A stretch of DNA of 64,000 bases from an uncultured Acidobacteriota bacterium (GCA_963777605.1 CAVZRV010000028.1:128001-192000); one strand, 5' to 3'. Shown: positions 1 to 11,134, numbered from the stretch's first letter. Numbers and translations are program-made. The notes: generated by a model from the letters alone, not told the origin.

Positions 1-657
1 ACGCTGGCCCTCTTCTTCTCACGGCTGGTGTTTATCGCCGTCGTTGTCTTTGCGGTGTTGGCCGCCCTGTCCAAGTTCGGAGTGGAAACGGCATCGTTTG
101 TCGTGGTTCTCGGCGCCGTCGGGTTCGCGTTTGGATTCGCCCTGCAGGGATCTCTCTCGAATTTTGCCGCCGGTGTAATGCTCCTGGTTTTCCGCCCCTT
201 CAGGATCGGCGAATACGTTGAGGTCGCCGGAGTGGCGGGCTCGGTCAAGGAAATCGATTTGTTCACGACCACCCTGGCTACGCCCGACAACGTGAAGATC
301 ATCGTCGGCAACGGCGCCATTTTCGGCAGCACCATCAAGAACTACTCCGCTTACCCTACGCGCCGTTGTGATCTCGCAATCGGAATCGGTTACACCTCGA
401 GCATCGAGAAGGCGGTCTCGGTCATGGACCGGCTCATCCAGGCTGACAGCCGAGTGCTCAAAGAACCGGCACACCAGTTGGCCGTATCGGAACTCGCTGA
501 TTCCAGCGTCAATTTTGTCGTTCGAATGTGGTGTGCAAAGGAAGACTACTGGGCTCTCAAGTTTGACATGACAAGAGCCATCAAAGAGGCCTTCGACAGA
601 GAAGGGATCGAAATACCGTTCCCGCAACGGACCGTGCACATCGTCAAGAACCCTTGA
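1..657 (+). CDS. mscS: Small-conductance mechanosensitive channel (5'-truncated by window edge)
   Basis: Frame open from base 1; GFALQGSLSNFAAG, RPFRIGEYV and GIEIPFPQR are MscS hallmarks. Confidence 0.92.
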   Translation, partial: TLALFFSRLVFIAVVVFAVLAALSKFGVETASFVVVLGAVGFAFGFALQGSLSNFAAGVMLLVFRPFRIGEYVEVAGVAGSVKEIDLFTTTLATPDNVKIIVGNGAIFGSTIKNYSAYPTRRCDLAIGIGYTSSIEKAVSVMDRLIQADSRVLKEPAHQLAVSELADSSVNFVVRMWCAKEDYWALKFDMTRAIKEAFDREGIEIPFPQRTVHIVKNP

Positions 658-662
658 CCGGC

Positions 663-690
663 AAAAAGCCCGGCATCCTGATGTGGGCTT
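663..690 (-). terminator. Probable intrinsic terminator between convergent genes
   Basis: Minus strand AAGCCC-acatcaggatgcc-GGGCTTTTT, a hairpin plus U-tract after the 717 stop. Confidence 0.6.
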
Positions 691-716
691 GCCACACTCC
701 GGCCTGAGCCTCCCGG

Positions 717-1091
717 TCAGTCTTTAGCCTTATGAGAAGATTCGATCATAACCAGGCCGGAATCCGCCTGTTTTGGCAGGTTGACCAGATTCCCGAGGTT
801 GAAAGCGTCCTTGATTTTTCCCTTCACCGCCACGCGGGCTCCCTCTCGCGGAACCCCTTCCCGGGAGACGATCCAGAGCCTTCCCGTGCCGTCGTCGACC
901 TGGTAGGCGCCTCTTCCGAGGACCGAATAACTGTCCGTCACCCTTCCCTCGATTCGGACATCTTTGTTCGCATAACGGCTCGGGTCAGCCAGGATGTGAT
1001 TGATCGATCGAGTGGCACACCCGGAAAGTAACACGGCCGCAAACGTCATCAATGTCAGAGTCCCCGCCAACGACTTCAGCTTCAGCTTCAT
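717..1091 (-). CDS. Putative OB-fold lipoprotein
   Basis: ATG at 1091 after GGAGG; lipobox LSGC; 'DVRIEGRV...YQVDDGTGRLWIV...RVAVKGKI' resembles an OB fold. Confidence 0.7.
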   Translation of the reverse strand: MKLKLKSLAGTLTLMTFAAVLLSGCATRSINHILADPSRYANKDVRIEGRVTDSYSVLGRGAYQVDDGTGRLWIVSREGVPREGARVAVKGKIKDAFNLGNLVNLPKQADSGLVMIESSHKAKD

Positions 1092-1230
1092 CTCGACCCT
1101 CCTGCCAAGTTGGAAACCGCCCTTCTGAGCAGAATACGCCACCCCCTTTCGAGGATCAAACGTTCATTTTTAACGAGTTGGGAAAACCTGGGGGAACTGG
1201 GTTTTCGAGGGATCAGTTCAATCCCGGTGA

Positions 1231-1306
1231 GAGCTACTCGCACTCCAAGAGGATGGCGCCGCACGCAGAGCCGGGGGTAAGGCGAAGCCGCGGCGCCCCC
1301 GGGTAC
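1231..1306 (+). repeat. Solo copy of the RAYT-array unit junction (37-bp-subunit-like part plus CCGGGGG/CCCCCGG hairpin)
   Basis: GAGCTACTCGCACTCCAAGAGGATGGCGCCGCACGCAGAGCCGGGGGTAAGG..GCGCCCCCGGGTAC aligns by eye to array minus strand GAGTACTCAACAGTCCTGCGGCTGGCGCCCAAACGCAGAGCCGGGGGTAAGGAACGCGCCCCCGGGTAC. Confidence 0.8.
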
Positions 1307-1427
1307 TTCGGACTCAGGAATTCCCAGAACTTGAAGTCCTGGGTTAGAGTCGAACTGCCCGGGGGCTGTGACCATCCGGGTCAAAGAGAAGGGCCGGGTG
1401 CTGCTTCCCGCTTCCCGATTTGCAGCA

Positions 1428-1485
1428 AGTTTCACTCTCGGAATGGTCTCCGCTGGGCGGAAGGGCCGGGTTGACCTGGAACTCC
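1428..1485 (+). repeat. ~57-bp dispersed repeat module, also at 61576-61632, 61989-62043 and 62139-62162
   Basis: AGTTTCACTCTCGGAATGG...GGGCCGGGTTGACCTGGAACTCC vs AGTTTCACTCTCTGAATGA...GGGCCGGGCTGACCTGAAACTTC. Confidence 0.75.
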
Positions 1486-3051
1486 TATCGGTAGTTGCCG
1501 GTGGAGTTTGAAATTGCCACCGACCTGGCCCCTGAAAGGCGGTTTCAGTCTGAATAACTTTTCCCTGCTGTTTTCCTCGGCCTTACCTCCTGTGACGCTT
1601 GAAGGGTGGGCCTGGTTGAGCAGGGACTTCATCTCACCGACGACCTCCGCGTATTCCGGATCGGCTGCCAGATTGTGGAGTTCATGGGGATCGGACCGAT
1701 GATCGTAAAGCTCGGCACCCTTGTCCCCAAAATCCCACTCGGTATAGCGCCACCGGTCGGTTCGAACGCTGTGCCCCGGGGCATCCTGGCGCTGGACCTG
1801 TGTGTAGGCCGGGTACGGCCAGTCCGCCTGGGGGTTATCAACCAGCGGACGAAGACTGTGGCCTTCCAGGTAACCCGGCGCTTCCAGGCCTGCCAGGTCG
1901 GCAACAGTCGCGTAGAGATCGACCAGTTCAACCGGCCGGGAGGTAGCCTCTCCGGCCCTAGGCTGTCCCGGCACGGAGATCAGGAGCGGCACCCGTGCGG
2001 ACTCCTCAAAGCAGCTCTGCTTGAACCAGAGGCCGTGTTCTCCCAGGTGGTAGCCATGGTCACTCCAGAACACGATGATGGTGTTCTGCCGCAATCCGAG
2101 CCGTTCCACCGCATCCAGAACCTTACCGATCTGCGCGTCAACAAAGGAGATTGCGGCGTAATAGGCGCGCTTCGATTCCCGCGCCTGGTCGGGTGTGACG
2201 CCGAAGTAGGGCCACGGCCGCGTCGATGCGAGGGCGAGTTCAGGGTAGTCATTCGGCGTCTCGGGAGTGATTTCCGGCAATTCAATCTCATTCATGGGGT
2301 AGAGATCGAAGTACTTCCTGGGCGTCACCCACGGGCAGTGTGGTTTGTAAAAGCCGGCCGCGATGAAGAAGGGTTCATCCTTGTGTTGCTCGAGAAGCTC
2401 AATCGTCTGAGCCGCCACCTTGCCGTCGGTGTGCTGCCCGTCCGTGCCTGTCGGGTCGGCCAGGAAGGCCAGCGCCGAACCGAGTCCCCGACTGGGAGTG
2501 TAATTCATGATGTCCGGCTCGAGCGCCGTCTTGTCCCGCCCCGCCGGGTTGAACCGCTCCATCCATGAAGCCCGGTCATCCAGACCATTCGTGCCGATAT
2601 CACCGGGGTTCCCGTAGTGATAGATCTTGCCGACCCTCGCGACGTAGTATCCGTTTTGCTGGAACAGCTGCGGCATGGTGACGACGTCCGGGAGGTCCTG
2701 CCTGAAGTGATAGTGCAGATCGAATACCCGGGTCGTGTCAGGCCGCAGCCCAGTCATCACCGAAGACCGGCTGGGGCTGCAGAGCGGAAACTGACAGTAG
2801 GCGTTCTCAAACCGCATCCCACTGGCGGCAAGCCGATCCAGGCTCGGCGACTTGACGAAGGGATGGTCGTAGCAGCCGAGATCGTTGTTCATGTCATCGA
2901 CGGCAATGAACAGAACGTTGGGTCTGGACGGTGCCGTACAGGAAGCTCCAAGTGCAAGCAAACCGATGATAACCACGAACATTCCGACCGGCGTCTTCAG
3001 CATGTGTCCCCTTTGTCTGATCTCACTTGGGCTGTGGCTGAACATCTTCAT
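1432..3051 (-). CDS. Sulfatase (iduronate/choline-sulfatase-like); true stop possibly at 1545 (see findings)
   Basis: PNVLFIAVDD, formylglycine motif CSPSR, GKIYH, SDHGYHLGEH. Confidence 0.92.
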   Translation of the reverse strand: MKMFSHSPSEIRQRGHMLKTPVGMFVVIIGLLALGASCTAPSRPNVLFIAVDDMNNDLGCYDHPFVKSPSLDRLAASGMRFENAYCQFPLCSPSRSSVMTGLRPDTTRVFDLHYHFRQDLPDVVTMPQLFQQNGYYVARVGKIYHYGNPGDIGTNGLDDRASWMERFNPAGRDKTALEPDIMNYTPSRGLGSALAFLADPTGTDGQHTDGKVAAQTIELLEQHKDEPFFIAAGFYKPHCPWVTPRKYFDLYPMNEIELPEITPETPNDYPELALASTRPWPYFGVTPDQARESKRAYYAAISFVDAQIGKVLDAVERLGLRQNTIIVFWSDHGYHLGEHGLWFKQSCFEESARVPLLISVPGQPRAGEATSRPVELVDLYATVADLAGLEAPGYLEGHSLRPLVDNPQADWPYPAYTQVQRQDAPGHSVRTDRWRYTEWDFGDKGAELYDHRSDPHELHNLAADPEYAEVVGEMKSLLNQAHPSSVTGGKAEENSREKLFRLKPPFRGQVGGNFKLHRQLPIGVPGQPGPSAQRRPFRE

Positions 3052-3301
3052 AGATGCCCACGAATCGACCCTGACACCGAGGATTTATCAGATTTCTACA
3101 CTACCAGATTCGACTGTCCTGACGAATCGAACCGGCTTCGTTCTCGGAAATCCGCTGTCAAACGGAATCCGGAGAAGCCCGCCTTGAGTACGCAAGCACC
3201 GGTTTCGGGTGCTGCGATGCGTGGGGAATTCCCACCAGCCAAGAACGGGCTCTCCGAATTCACGATCCGGTGCACTCCTGTTCCTACCAGACCGAAATAG
3301 G

Positions 3302-5440
3302 TTAGAAATCCGCGAGGGACGAATCATCTGGAAGCGACGGGAGGTTGAATTCAGGCGGCTTGGTGCCGCGCTTGCTCTTGCCGTTGGGACGAGCCTGCTG
3401 GTGGCGCGCCTCGAACGGACGGCCTGCCGGGGCAGCGGGTTTGGAGGCCTTGGCAGCGGGTTTCACGTATTCGTGGGGGGATGCGCTGCCGTTGGCGCGG
3501 TCGAGCCGGAAGCTGCCGACCAGTTCCTGCATTTGCTGGGCCTGGCTGGCGAGTTCTTCGGCTGCGCTGGCCGATTCTTCGGCGTTGGCGGCCGACTGTT
3601 GGGTGATCTGATTCATCTGTTCGATGGCGGTGTTGACTTCCTTGATTCCGCCGCTCTGCTGTTCGGATGCAACGGTGACCTCGTTCATTGCCGCTTCAAC
3701 CGATTCGATCTTGCGGGCGATCTCCTCCAACTGCGCCAGCACCTGCGTGTTGCGCTGGAAACCGTCTTCGGCGTTGCGAACGGCCTCTTCGATCAGCGCA
3801 GACGTGTTCTTGGCCGCTTCCGCGCTTCGAATGGCGAGGTTTCGGACTTCCTCGGCCACCACCGCAAAGCCCTTCCCGGCTTCCCCGGCCCGGGCCGCTT
3901 CGACGGCGGCGTTCAGTGCCAGGAGGTTGGTCTGGAAGGCGATCTCGTCGATCGTCTTCACGATCTTCGCGGTTTGGTCCGAAGAGGTCTTGATCTTTTC
4001 CATGGACTGGCTGAGCAGACCCATGTTCTTCACGCCGTCGGCCGAACTGGTACGGGCTTCCTGTACGAAGGACTGGGCTTCGCGGGCGCTCGCCGAGTTG
4101 GCATCGGCCATGCCGGCCACTTCCTGCAGGCTGGCGGCGACTTCTTCCAAAGTACTGGCCTGTTCAGACGCCCCCTGGGCCAGTGACTGGCTTCCCGTCC
4201 CGATCTGCTCGGCGGCCGAGGACACCTGGGTCGCCCCGTTGGAAACACTGAGCATGCCGGAATGCAGATTCTCGATGGCCTTGTTGAGAGCGGATTTGAT
4301 CTTGGCGTGGTCTCCCGAGTACTGTCCCTGCACTCGAACTGAGAGATCCCGGTCCGCCACCTGTTCGAGGATCTGGGCCGCTTCGTTGATGGGATTCAAA
4401 ATCGAGTCCAGCATCAGGTTGATGCCTTCGACAATGGCCCGGTATCCGCCCTGGAAGGCGTCGGCCTTGCCGCGGGTGGAGAGCTGTCCATCGATCGACG
4501 CCTGGTTCAGGCGTCCCGCTTCGTCGACCAGCCCCTGAAGGGACGCCACGGTCTTGTTGATGGCCGGCGAAATTTCGTCTGCCGAGTCCTTGGCTGGCAC
4601 GGAAACCGTGAGATCCCCTTCAGCGATGCGCTGCATGGCTCCGACGACGTGAGTCTGGAGATCGTCAGAGAAGCTGTCCATGGCGTCGCTCATGACTCCG
4701 ATTTCGTCCTTGCGGCTCAGGTTGAGGCGACGTCCGAGGTGTCCATTGCCCAGTTCCTGGATCATTTCGACAACGTGCTGAAGCGGCTTGGCAATCGCCT
4801 GTGTCAGCAGGACCCCAAATCCAACCGCGGCACCAAGGGCCAGCGAAGAAATGATCAGGAGCAGGGAGTTCGCCTGGGCGGCGGCAGCGTCGCCCTCAGT
4901 GTCCAACTGCTCGGCGATCTTGGCGTTGAGGTCAATCAGTGCCCTTAGACTCTCGCGGGAGGACTGCTGGAGTTGACCTGGCCTCCCCATCAATGATCGA
5001 GATGGCTTCCTCGTTTTGATGCTTCAGGGCCAGTGCCACCGCCTGGGCGCGTTTCGGCACGTAATTCTTCCACGCGTCCTGGAACTTGGCGAGCAAGGCC
5101 TCTTCTTCCGGAACGAGAGAAGTCTTGGCGTATGCCTCCATGTAGGAGTCAATCCTGGCGCTCTCTTCCTCGATGACCTTTGCCGAAGCCTGCATTGCCG
5201 CCAAGTCGTCGCGCATGACGAGATTGAAGGTTTCCCCGCGTGGAAATCAGGAACGCGGCATTGGCGTATCCGAGGTCACGAATGGCCGACAGCCGGTCCA
5301 CATACATGGTGGTAGATCTCTCCGAGCCGGCAGTTACCTCGGACCAGCCGATGTAGGCGACTGCTACCGGTGGCCAGAACCACGACGGCAAAAGAGAACA
5401 AGAGTTTCTTGGCAATCTTCAGGTTGTAGAACCACTTCAT
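3302..5440 (-). CDS. Methyl-accepting chemotaxis protein (4HB sensor, HAMP, MCP signal domain) broken by about 3 frameshifts
   Basis: [17 protein letters not shown] from ATG 5440 after GGAGG; pieces 5149-5415, 4932-5216 and 3302-4993; [34 protein letters not shown] signature. Confidence 0.88.
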
Positions 5441-5689
5441 TTGGGATCCTCCCTCCACTCTAAAGCCTGCATTTAAAATAAAATCCACGAGTTACTGTTA
5501 ACGGCTTAGCTTTCTATGGCTATCGACAGTGAGAAGGAAAAGCAGGATTGGAAATAGTGGGATGGTTCCTGTTGGAAAATTCCTACTTGAACCCGAACTC
5601 AAAACGGGAGTTCTTCGCTTGCGGGCGCAACATGCAGTTGGTACTGTCCCTCGATCTGACGCAGCCTTGAAGCCGGGATCTCGACCGGT

Positions 5690-6094
5690 TTGAACTCCGG
5701 GACATCCCCAGGCGAGACCTTCTCGCCGGCCAGAATCCGGGGAAGATCCCGGCGCACCAAGTCAACCGCTCCCACCGACAGGTTGCGGGTGTCGACAATG
5801 TCGGCCCCCTATTCGCGAATGCAGTTTCAGCTCAATCCGGACATCAAGAAAGAATTCGACCGGCTGACGGAGGACCTTTCCGCGCTTACGGATCGCGCGG
5901 TTGGAGACAAGATCTTCCGCCCGGTGGGCGGTCGCACCTTCGCCCTGATGCTCGAGGGCATCTCCCATTCCTTCTTCATGGTCTGGCTCCAGAATCCCGA
6001 CCCCGCAACAGTCGATCGTAAGGTTGAGGTAATTCTGGACCTCTTCTACGGCGGCGCCCTGGCTCAGTCCAGTGGCGGAATCCGCAGGACCTGA
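5690..6094 (+). pseudogene. Probable remnant of a TetR-family C-terminal domain
   Basis: 'GDKIFRPVGGRTFALMLEGISHSFFMVW...VILDLFYGGAL' resembles TetR C-termini; no HTH visible upstream. Confidence 0.4.
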
Positions 6095-6525
6095 CCGGGG
6101 TAGATCTTGTCAGGATCCTTCAGCATCGGCTTGTTGGCTTCGAAGATCACCGGGTACTTCATTGCGCTCCCGTAATGCTGTTTGGCAATCTTCGAGAGCG
6201 TATCCCCGCGCACGACCGTGTAGAAGACCGCTGGTGGCTCGGGCGCCACGACCTCGAGACGATCGTCCACCTTCGCAATACCGTTGACATTGCCGACCAA
6301 CAGTACAACCTTCTCTTTCTCGCCCTGGCTTGGCACCGTGCCGAAGACGGTCGCGACATCATCGTTAACCTCGATCCGGAGGTTCTCCACCGAGAGTCCG
6401 AACGCTTTGACCTGAGAGACCAAAGCGTCGGCCTTCACGATTGCCTGCTCAGCCTTTTCCGCCTTGGTTTCGCCTATTCCGAACAGCTTCGCTCCAGCTT
6501 CTTTAACAAAATCAAACAGTCCCAT
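6064..6525 (-). CDS. lysM: BON-LysM protein (YgaU/Kbp-like)
   Basis: MGLFDFVKEAGAKLFG N-terminus; YTVVRGDTLSKIAKQHYG...IFEANKPMLKDPDKIYPGQVLRIP. Confidence 0.93.
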   Translation of the reverse strand: MGLFDFVKEAGAKLFGIGETKAEKAEQAIVKADALVSQVKAFGLSVENLRIEVNDDVATVFGTVPSQGEKEKVVLLVGNVNGIAKVDDRLEVVAPEPPAVFYTVVRGDTLSKIAKQHYGSAMKYPVIFEANKPMLKDPDKIYPGQVLRIPPLD

Positions 6526-6562
6526 TTGAATCTCCTCTCATCCTGATTCGTGCAAATACACT

Positions 6563-7150
6563 CTATTTATTGCTGAAGAACCCTCCGAGCAACTGGGACC
6601 CGATCCGCGCGATGTCGTCCGTCACGTCACCGTCTTGGTCCGAATCGAGCAGCGACAGAAGCCCTCCAAAAGGACTGGCCGCTGAACTCGACTTCGCTTC
6701 CTGCCGGAGCGTCGTGGAAAGGTCCCCGGCTGCGAGTCCCTGGCTCCGCTGTGCCTTTCCCAGTGCTCCCATGACGACGGGCGCCAGAAGCGACAGAAGC
6801 TTGGATATTGACTCACCTCCCAGGCCGGATGCCTGCTGGAGGCCCCTTTCCACACCCGGCCGGCGATTTCCAAGTACATGTTGCAGGATCCCGTCTCCGG
6901 CACCGGTACCCCCCTGGCCCAGGAATCCGGCCAGATCGTCAAGAATCGAGCCGTCATGATCCCTGTCAACGGCGTTCGAAAGGGCCGTCGCGCCTTGCGG
7001 TTCCGCACTGTTTCGCCCCAGCGCACCGAGCAATAGCGGGAGGGCAGCCGCGACTGCCTGCTGAGTCTGTTGCGGGCCGGTCCCCAACTGTCGCCCGATC
7101 TGATTCATCTCCCGGCTCCCCAGACTCTGCTGAATTAGGTCCAAAATCAT
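6563..7150 (-). CDS. DUF937-family protein
   Basis: AALPLLLGALGRN, DHDGSILDDL, GDGILQHVLG and LLDSDQDGDVTDD motifs. Confidence 0.8.
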   Translation of the reverse strand: MILDLIQQSLGSREMNQIGRQLGTGPQQTQQAVAAALPLLLGALGRNSAEPQGATALSNAVDRDHDGSILDDLAGFLGQGGTGAGDGILQHVLGNRRPGVERGLQQASGLGGESISKLLSLLAPVVMGALGKAQRSQGLAAGDLSTTLRQEAKSSSAASPFGGLLSLLDSDQDGDVTDDIARIGSQLLGGFFSNK

Positions 7151-7233
7151 CTCGTATTCCCTTCAAGCGGCAGTGTACAGGTTTCTGAGCGAAGAAGGAG
7201 CCCAACGAAACACCTGTCACACGCAAACGCGCC

Positions 7234-7497
7234 CTACTCCATCTCAATGTGAATCAATACCGGCTCCACGACTCCGTGAGCCTGCTTCCCGGCTGCAAGT
7301 TCGGGGGAGTTGAAGGCCGCCTTCATTCCCTCAATATCGTGAACATCCACGCTCACTGCGACCTTGTTGCCGCCGTCGGCCCCGAGATAGTCGATTACAT
7401 TCGATCCCCAGGGCGCAAACGCAGCAACCCGTTCGGAATGCTTGCTCGCCCAGAGGGCACGATCGCGAACCTGGTGTGTGAAGATGACTCGTGGCAT
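7234..7497 (-). CDS. Small hypothetical protein (possible dimeric alpha/beta barrel)
   Basis: AGGAG RBS; 'THQVRD..LW...VAVSVDVHD...F.SPEL...KQAHGV' pattern. Confidence 0.6.
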   Translation of the reverse strand: MPRVIFTHQVRDRALWASKHSERVAAFAPWGSNVIDYLGADGGNKVAVSVDVHDIEGMKAAFNSPELAAGKQAHGVVEPVLIHIEME

Positions 7498-7940
7498 GGT
7501 TTCTCCTTTTCAAAGTTCTTGGGCTTTTCAACCGTCAAAGCACTCTGGCGGGCACGGAATACGGCGCCGTCCCTGTACTTGTTGCCGTCGTGGACCAGGA
7601 TTTTACACGCCACGACAGCTTATTTATTTGGATTGTAAATCCATTCTACTCATAGTTCCATGTGCTAATGGACCAATCCCTGAAGTGAGGCTCGAAGAGA
7701 CGGATCACCAATTCAGGACTCCGCTCCCTGTACAATGACAGTTCTGTCGATATTGGAGGCATGCCTTGATTCAGCCATTTCTCGATTCCTCTCCCCGGAT
7801 CGATCCGACATGTTTCATTGCCCCATCCGCGGTGATAATCGGGGACGGGCAGAAGGCAGGAGCAGGCGATCGGGCTTGAGGAGACAGCAGTTGTCTGTGA
7901 GAATCAAACTAACGCAACGCGATCGTCTGGAGCCTTTGCT

Positions 7941-8663
7941 ATGAGAGTCTCGCTTCTATTTGTTTTCACTATTATTACAGCACTGTGCACGAGTCCCTGC
8001 CCGGCCCAGGAGGAACGCGACGTTCCTCTGCTGATTGTGACAGGAGACGCCACCGTCAGTTCGGCGCCCGATCAGGCCCTCGTTCGTCTGGGGGTGGTCC
8101 GGCAGAGCGGAACGGCCGACGAGGCCCAAAAGCAAGTCAGTTCGGCAGTGCGGAAAATCCTGGAGAGCCTCCGCGAGTTGGACATTGACTCGAGAGATCT
8201 TCAGACGTCTCAGCTTACCCTGTTTCCGGTCTACTCGGATCGCCGGCCCGAGCCGAATCGCCCTTCCGAACCGACGATCGTGGGATATCGAGCCAGCAAC
8301 ATCGTTTCCGCCACCGTGAACAGATTGCAGGGAATCGGAGTTGTGATTGATTCGGCGCTGACCGCAGGGGCAAACCGAATCGAGGGGATCAATTTCCGAC
8401 TGAAGAACGACACCGCGGCCCGGGACGAAGCATTGACGGCGGCGGTGGCCGAGGCCCGCCGAAAGGCCGAGGTTATGGCTGCAGCAGCAGGAGTCGAGAT
8501 CGTCGGCATCCTGGAAATCGCAGAGCAGAACGTTTCGGTGCGTCCATTCTCCGCCCGGCCTGAGGCCATGATGGCCAGGGCCGCCGTGGAGACTCCCGTC
8601 GAGCCGGGCGAGGTCGATGTAACCGCCACAGTGACAATTCGTTATCGAATTTCCGGGAACTGA
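7941..8663 (+). CDS. SIMPL/DUF541 (YggE-like) exported protein
   Basis: Signal peptide; VTGDATVSSAPDQA, GYRASNIV, AGANRIEGINF, ARRKAEVMAAAAG, PVEPGEVDVTATVTIRY. Confidence 0.9.
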   Translation: MRVSLLFVFTIITALCTSPCPAQEERDVPLLIVTGDATVSSAPDQALVRLGVVRQSGTADEAQKQVSSAVRKILESLRELDIDSRDLQTSQLTLFPVYSDRRPEPNRPSEPTIVGYRASNIVSATVNRLQGIGVVIDSALTAGANRIEGINFRLKNDTAARDEALTAAVAEARRKAEVMAAAAGVEIVGILEIAEQNVSVRPFSARPEAMMARAAVETPVEPGEVDVTATVTIRYRISGN

Positions 8664-8975
8664 CTTCAACTCGGAAGACCTGGGAAAACTGGGGAATTTG
8701 GATGCGTCTGGGTGGAGATGGAAGCTTCCCAACCGTACCCACTGTCAACGGCCGTTGGGAACCCCGCGCCGAAGGCTCGTTGGTCTGGTGGTGCTCCCCC
8801 ACTTTCACCGACAACCAGGCCAATGACAGGGCGAGTGGATTTCATAGCCGCAGTCTACCGACTTTGGGCAGGCCAACGCACTTTTGCAGACGATTGCCGC
8901 GATTTCCCTCCCGTTGAGGGCCTGATGAGTCGGCTCCATTGAAAGGACAATTCCAGGGTCAACGTCCAGAAAGTG

Positions 8976-10451
8976 TTTGGGCGCCAGCCGCAGGACTGTT
9001 GAGTACTCTGCGTTTGGGCGCCAGCCGCAGGACTGTTGAGTACTCTGCGTTTGGGCGCCAGCCGCAGGACTGTTGAGTACTCTGCGTTTGGGCGCCAGCC
9101 GCAGGACTGTCGAGTACACAGAGGCAGGCCCTTCACGGGCCTGCGTCCGCGGGGTCGCCACCAACCCACAAGTCGTCGAAAAGCTTTGGCGACAGCACCC
9201 ACTCCGGCTTTGCGTGACTCTCCCAAACTCGTTGCCCTGCCAGGTACCCGGGGGCGCGTTCCTTACCCCCGGCTCTGAGTCTGGGCGCCGGCCGCAGGAC
9301 TGTCGAGTACTCTGCGTTTGGGCGCCAGCCGCAGGACTGTTGAGTACTCTGCGTTTGGGCGCCAGCCGCAGGACTGTCGAGCACACAGAGGCAGGCCCTT
9401 CACGGGCCTGCGTCCGCGGGCTCGCCACCAACCCACAAGTCGTCGAAAAGCTTTGGCGACAGCACCCATTCCGGCTTTGCATGACTCCCCCAAACTCGTT
9501 GCCCTGCCAGGTACCCGGGGGCGCGTTCCTTACCCCCGGCTCTGGTCTGGGCGCCAGCCGCGACTGTTGAGTACTCTGCGTTTGGGCGCCAGCCGCAGGA
9601 CTGTTGAGTACTCTGCGTTTGGGCGCCAGCTGCAGGACTGTCGAGTACACAGAGGCAGGCCCTCACCGGGCCTGCGTCCTCGGGGTCGCCACCAACCCAC
9701 AAGCCGTCGAAAAGCTTTGGCGACAGCACCCACTCCGGCTTTGCATGACTCTCCCAAACTCGTTGCCCTGCCAGGTACCCGGGGGCGCGTTCCTTACCCC
9801 CGGCTCTGCGTCTGGGCGCCAGCTGCAGGACTGTTGAGTACTCTGCGTTTGGGCGCCAGCCGCAGGACTGTTGAGTACTCTGCGTTTGGGCGCCAGCCGC
9901 AGGACTGTCGAGTACACAGAGGCAGGCCCTTCACGGGCCTGCGTCCGCGGGGTCGCCACCAACCCACAAGTCGTCGAAAAGCTTTGGCGACAGCACCCAC
10001 TCCGGCTTTCCGTGACTCTCCCAAACTCGTTGCCCTGCCAGGTACCCGGGGGCGCGTTCCTTACCCCCGGCTCTGAGTCTGGGCCCAGCAGGACTGTTGA
10101 GACTCTGCGTTTGGGCGCCAGCCGCAGGACTGTCGAGCACACAGAGGCAGGCCCTTCACGGGCCTGCGTCCGCGGGCTCGCCACCCACCCACAAGCCGTC
10201 GAAAAGCTTTGGCGACAGCACCCACTCCGGTTTCCGTGACTCCCCCAAACTCGTTGCCCTGCCAGGTACCCGGGGGCGCGTTCCTTACCCCCGGCTCTGA
10301 GTCTGGGCGCCGGCCGCAGGACTGTCGAGTACTCTGCGTTTGGGCGCCAGCCGCAGGACTGTTGAGTACTCTGCGTTTGGGCGCCAGCTGCAGGACTGTC
10401 GAGTACACAGAGGCAGGCCCTCACCGGGCCTGCGTCCGCGGGGTCGGCACC
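8976..10451. repeat. Nested tandem array 1: 5 complete plus 1 partial ~156-bp cores, preceded by 4,3,3,3,2,3 copies of a 37-bp subunit
   Basis: Subunit TTTGGGCGCCAGCCGCAGGACTGTTGAGTACTCTGCG at 8976, 9013, 9050, 9087 and onward; cores start GAGGCAGGCCC at 9121, 9388, 9652, 9919, 10144, 10410. Confidence 0.97.
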
Positions 10452-10532
10452 GTACCGTAGGCCCACGAAAGTCGAAACTAAGCTGGGAAGTCAGCTACGT
10501 GCGTTCGGTTCTCAACGTCGGTCCGACTCGTA

Positions 10533-11093
10533 CTACAATCCATCCTTGTAGTCTTTCCATTTCGGATTCAGGTAAGTCTCCAGTGGTTCCCCTTGCTGGT
10601 TCAGCACGTAATCGATCGCTCCCGGGATGTCCCTGGCGGTCCACAGGAACCTTCGGCTTCCCTTCCCGATCCACCGTCGCCGACCAATTGGGTCGAGTCC
10701 TTGATTGACTAGGTCCCGCCCGGCCCTCTCCTTGATTCGCGCCAGAATCTCCTCGGACTCCACGGCGGCTGAAATGACCGAATGGAGATGGGTTGTCCGA
10801 ACGTGTGCTGCGATCAGTTCCCACTCGTTGCTATTGCATGCCGTTTTGACCGACTCCATCACAAGTCTCCGTCTCGATCGGTTCATCCTATATCGCTCCT
10901 GGACCATACACGCTCCGTTTTCCGATTCCCATCTCGGATTCGGAGACAGATAGGGTGCCCCGTACCGGTTGTGCTTCCGATTCACAGATCCTTTGCGACT
11001 TCCATGCAAGTGGTGGCCGTAGCACTTCAGGGTCACCAGATAGGCCGCCGGAAAGTTAATGAGTGAGTAGGCAGAGAATTCATATTCATTCAT
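10533..11093 (-). CDS. Y1/HUH tyrosine transposase (RAYT / IS200-TnpA-like), copy 1, 186 aa
   Basis: AYLVTLKCYGHHLHG N-terminal strand; HUH motif AAHVRTTHLHSVI; candidate catalytic Tyr in AIDYVLNQQG; ATG at 11093. Confidence 0.85.
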   Translation of the reverse strand: MNEYEFSAYSLINFPAAYLVTLKCYGHHLHGSRKGSVNRKHNRYGAPYLSPNPRWESENGACMVQERYRMNRSRRRLVMESVKTACNSNEWELIAAHVRTTHLHSVISAAVESEEILARIKERAGRDLVNQGLDPIGRRRWIGKGSRRFLWTARDIPGAIDYVLNQQGEPLETYLNPKWKDYKDGL

Positions 11094-11134
11094 CAAATCT
11101 ATACACGTTCGAACTGAGCAAAACTGCGAGAGTC

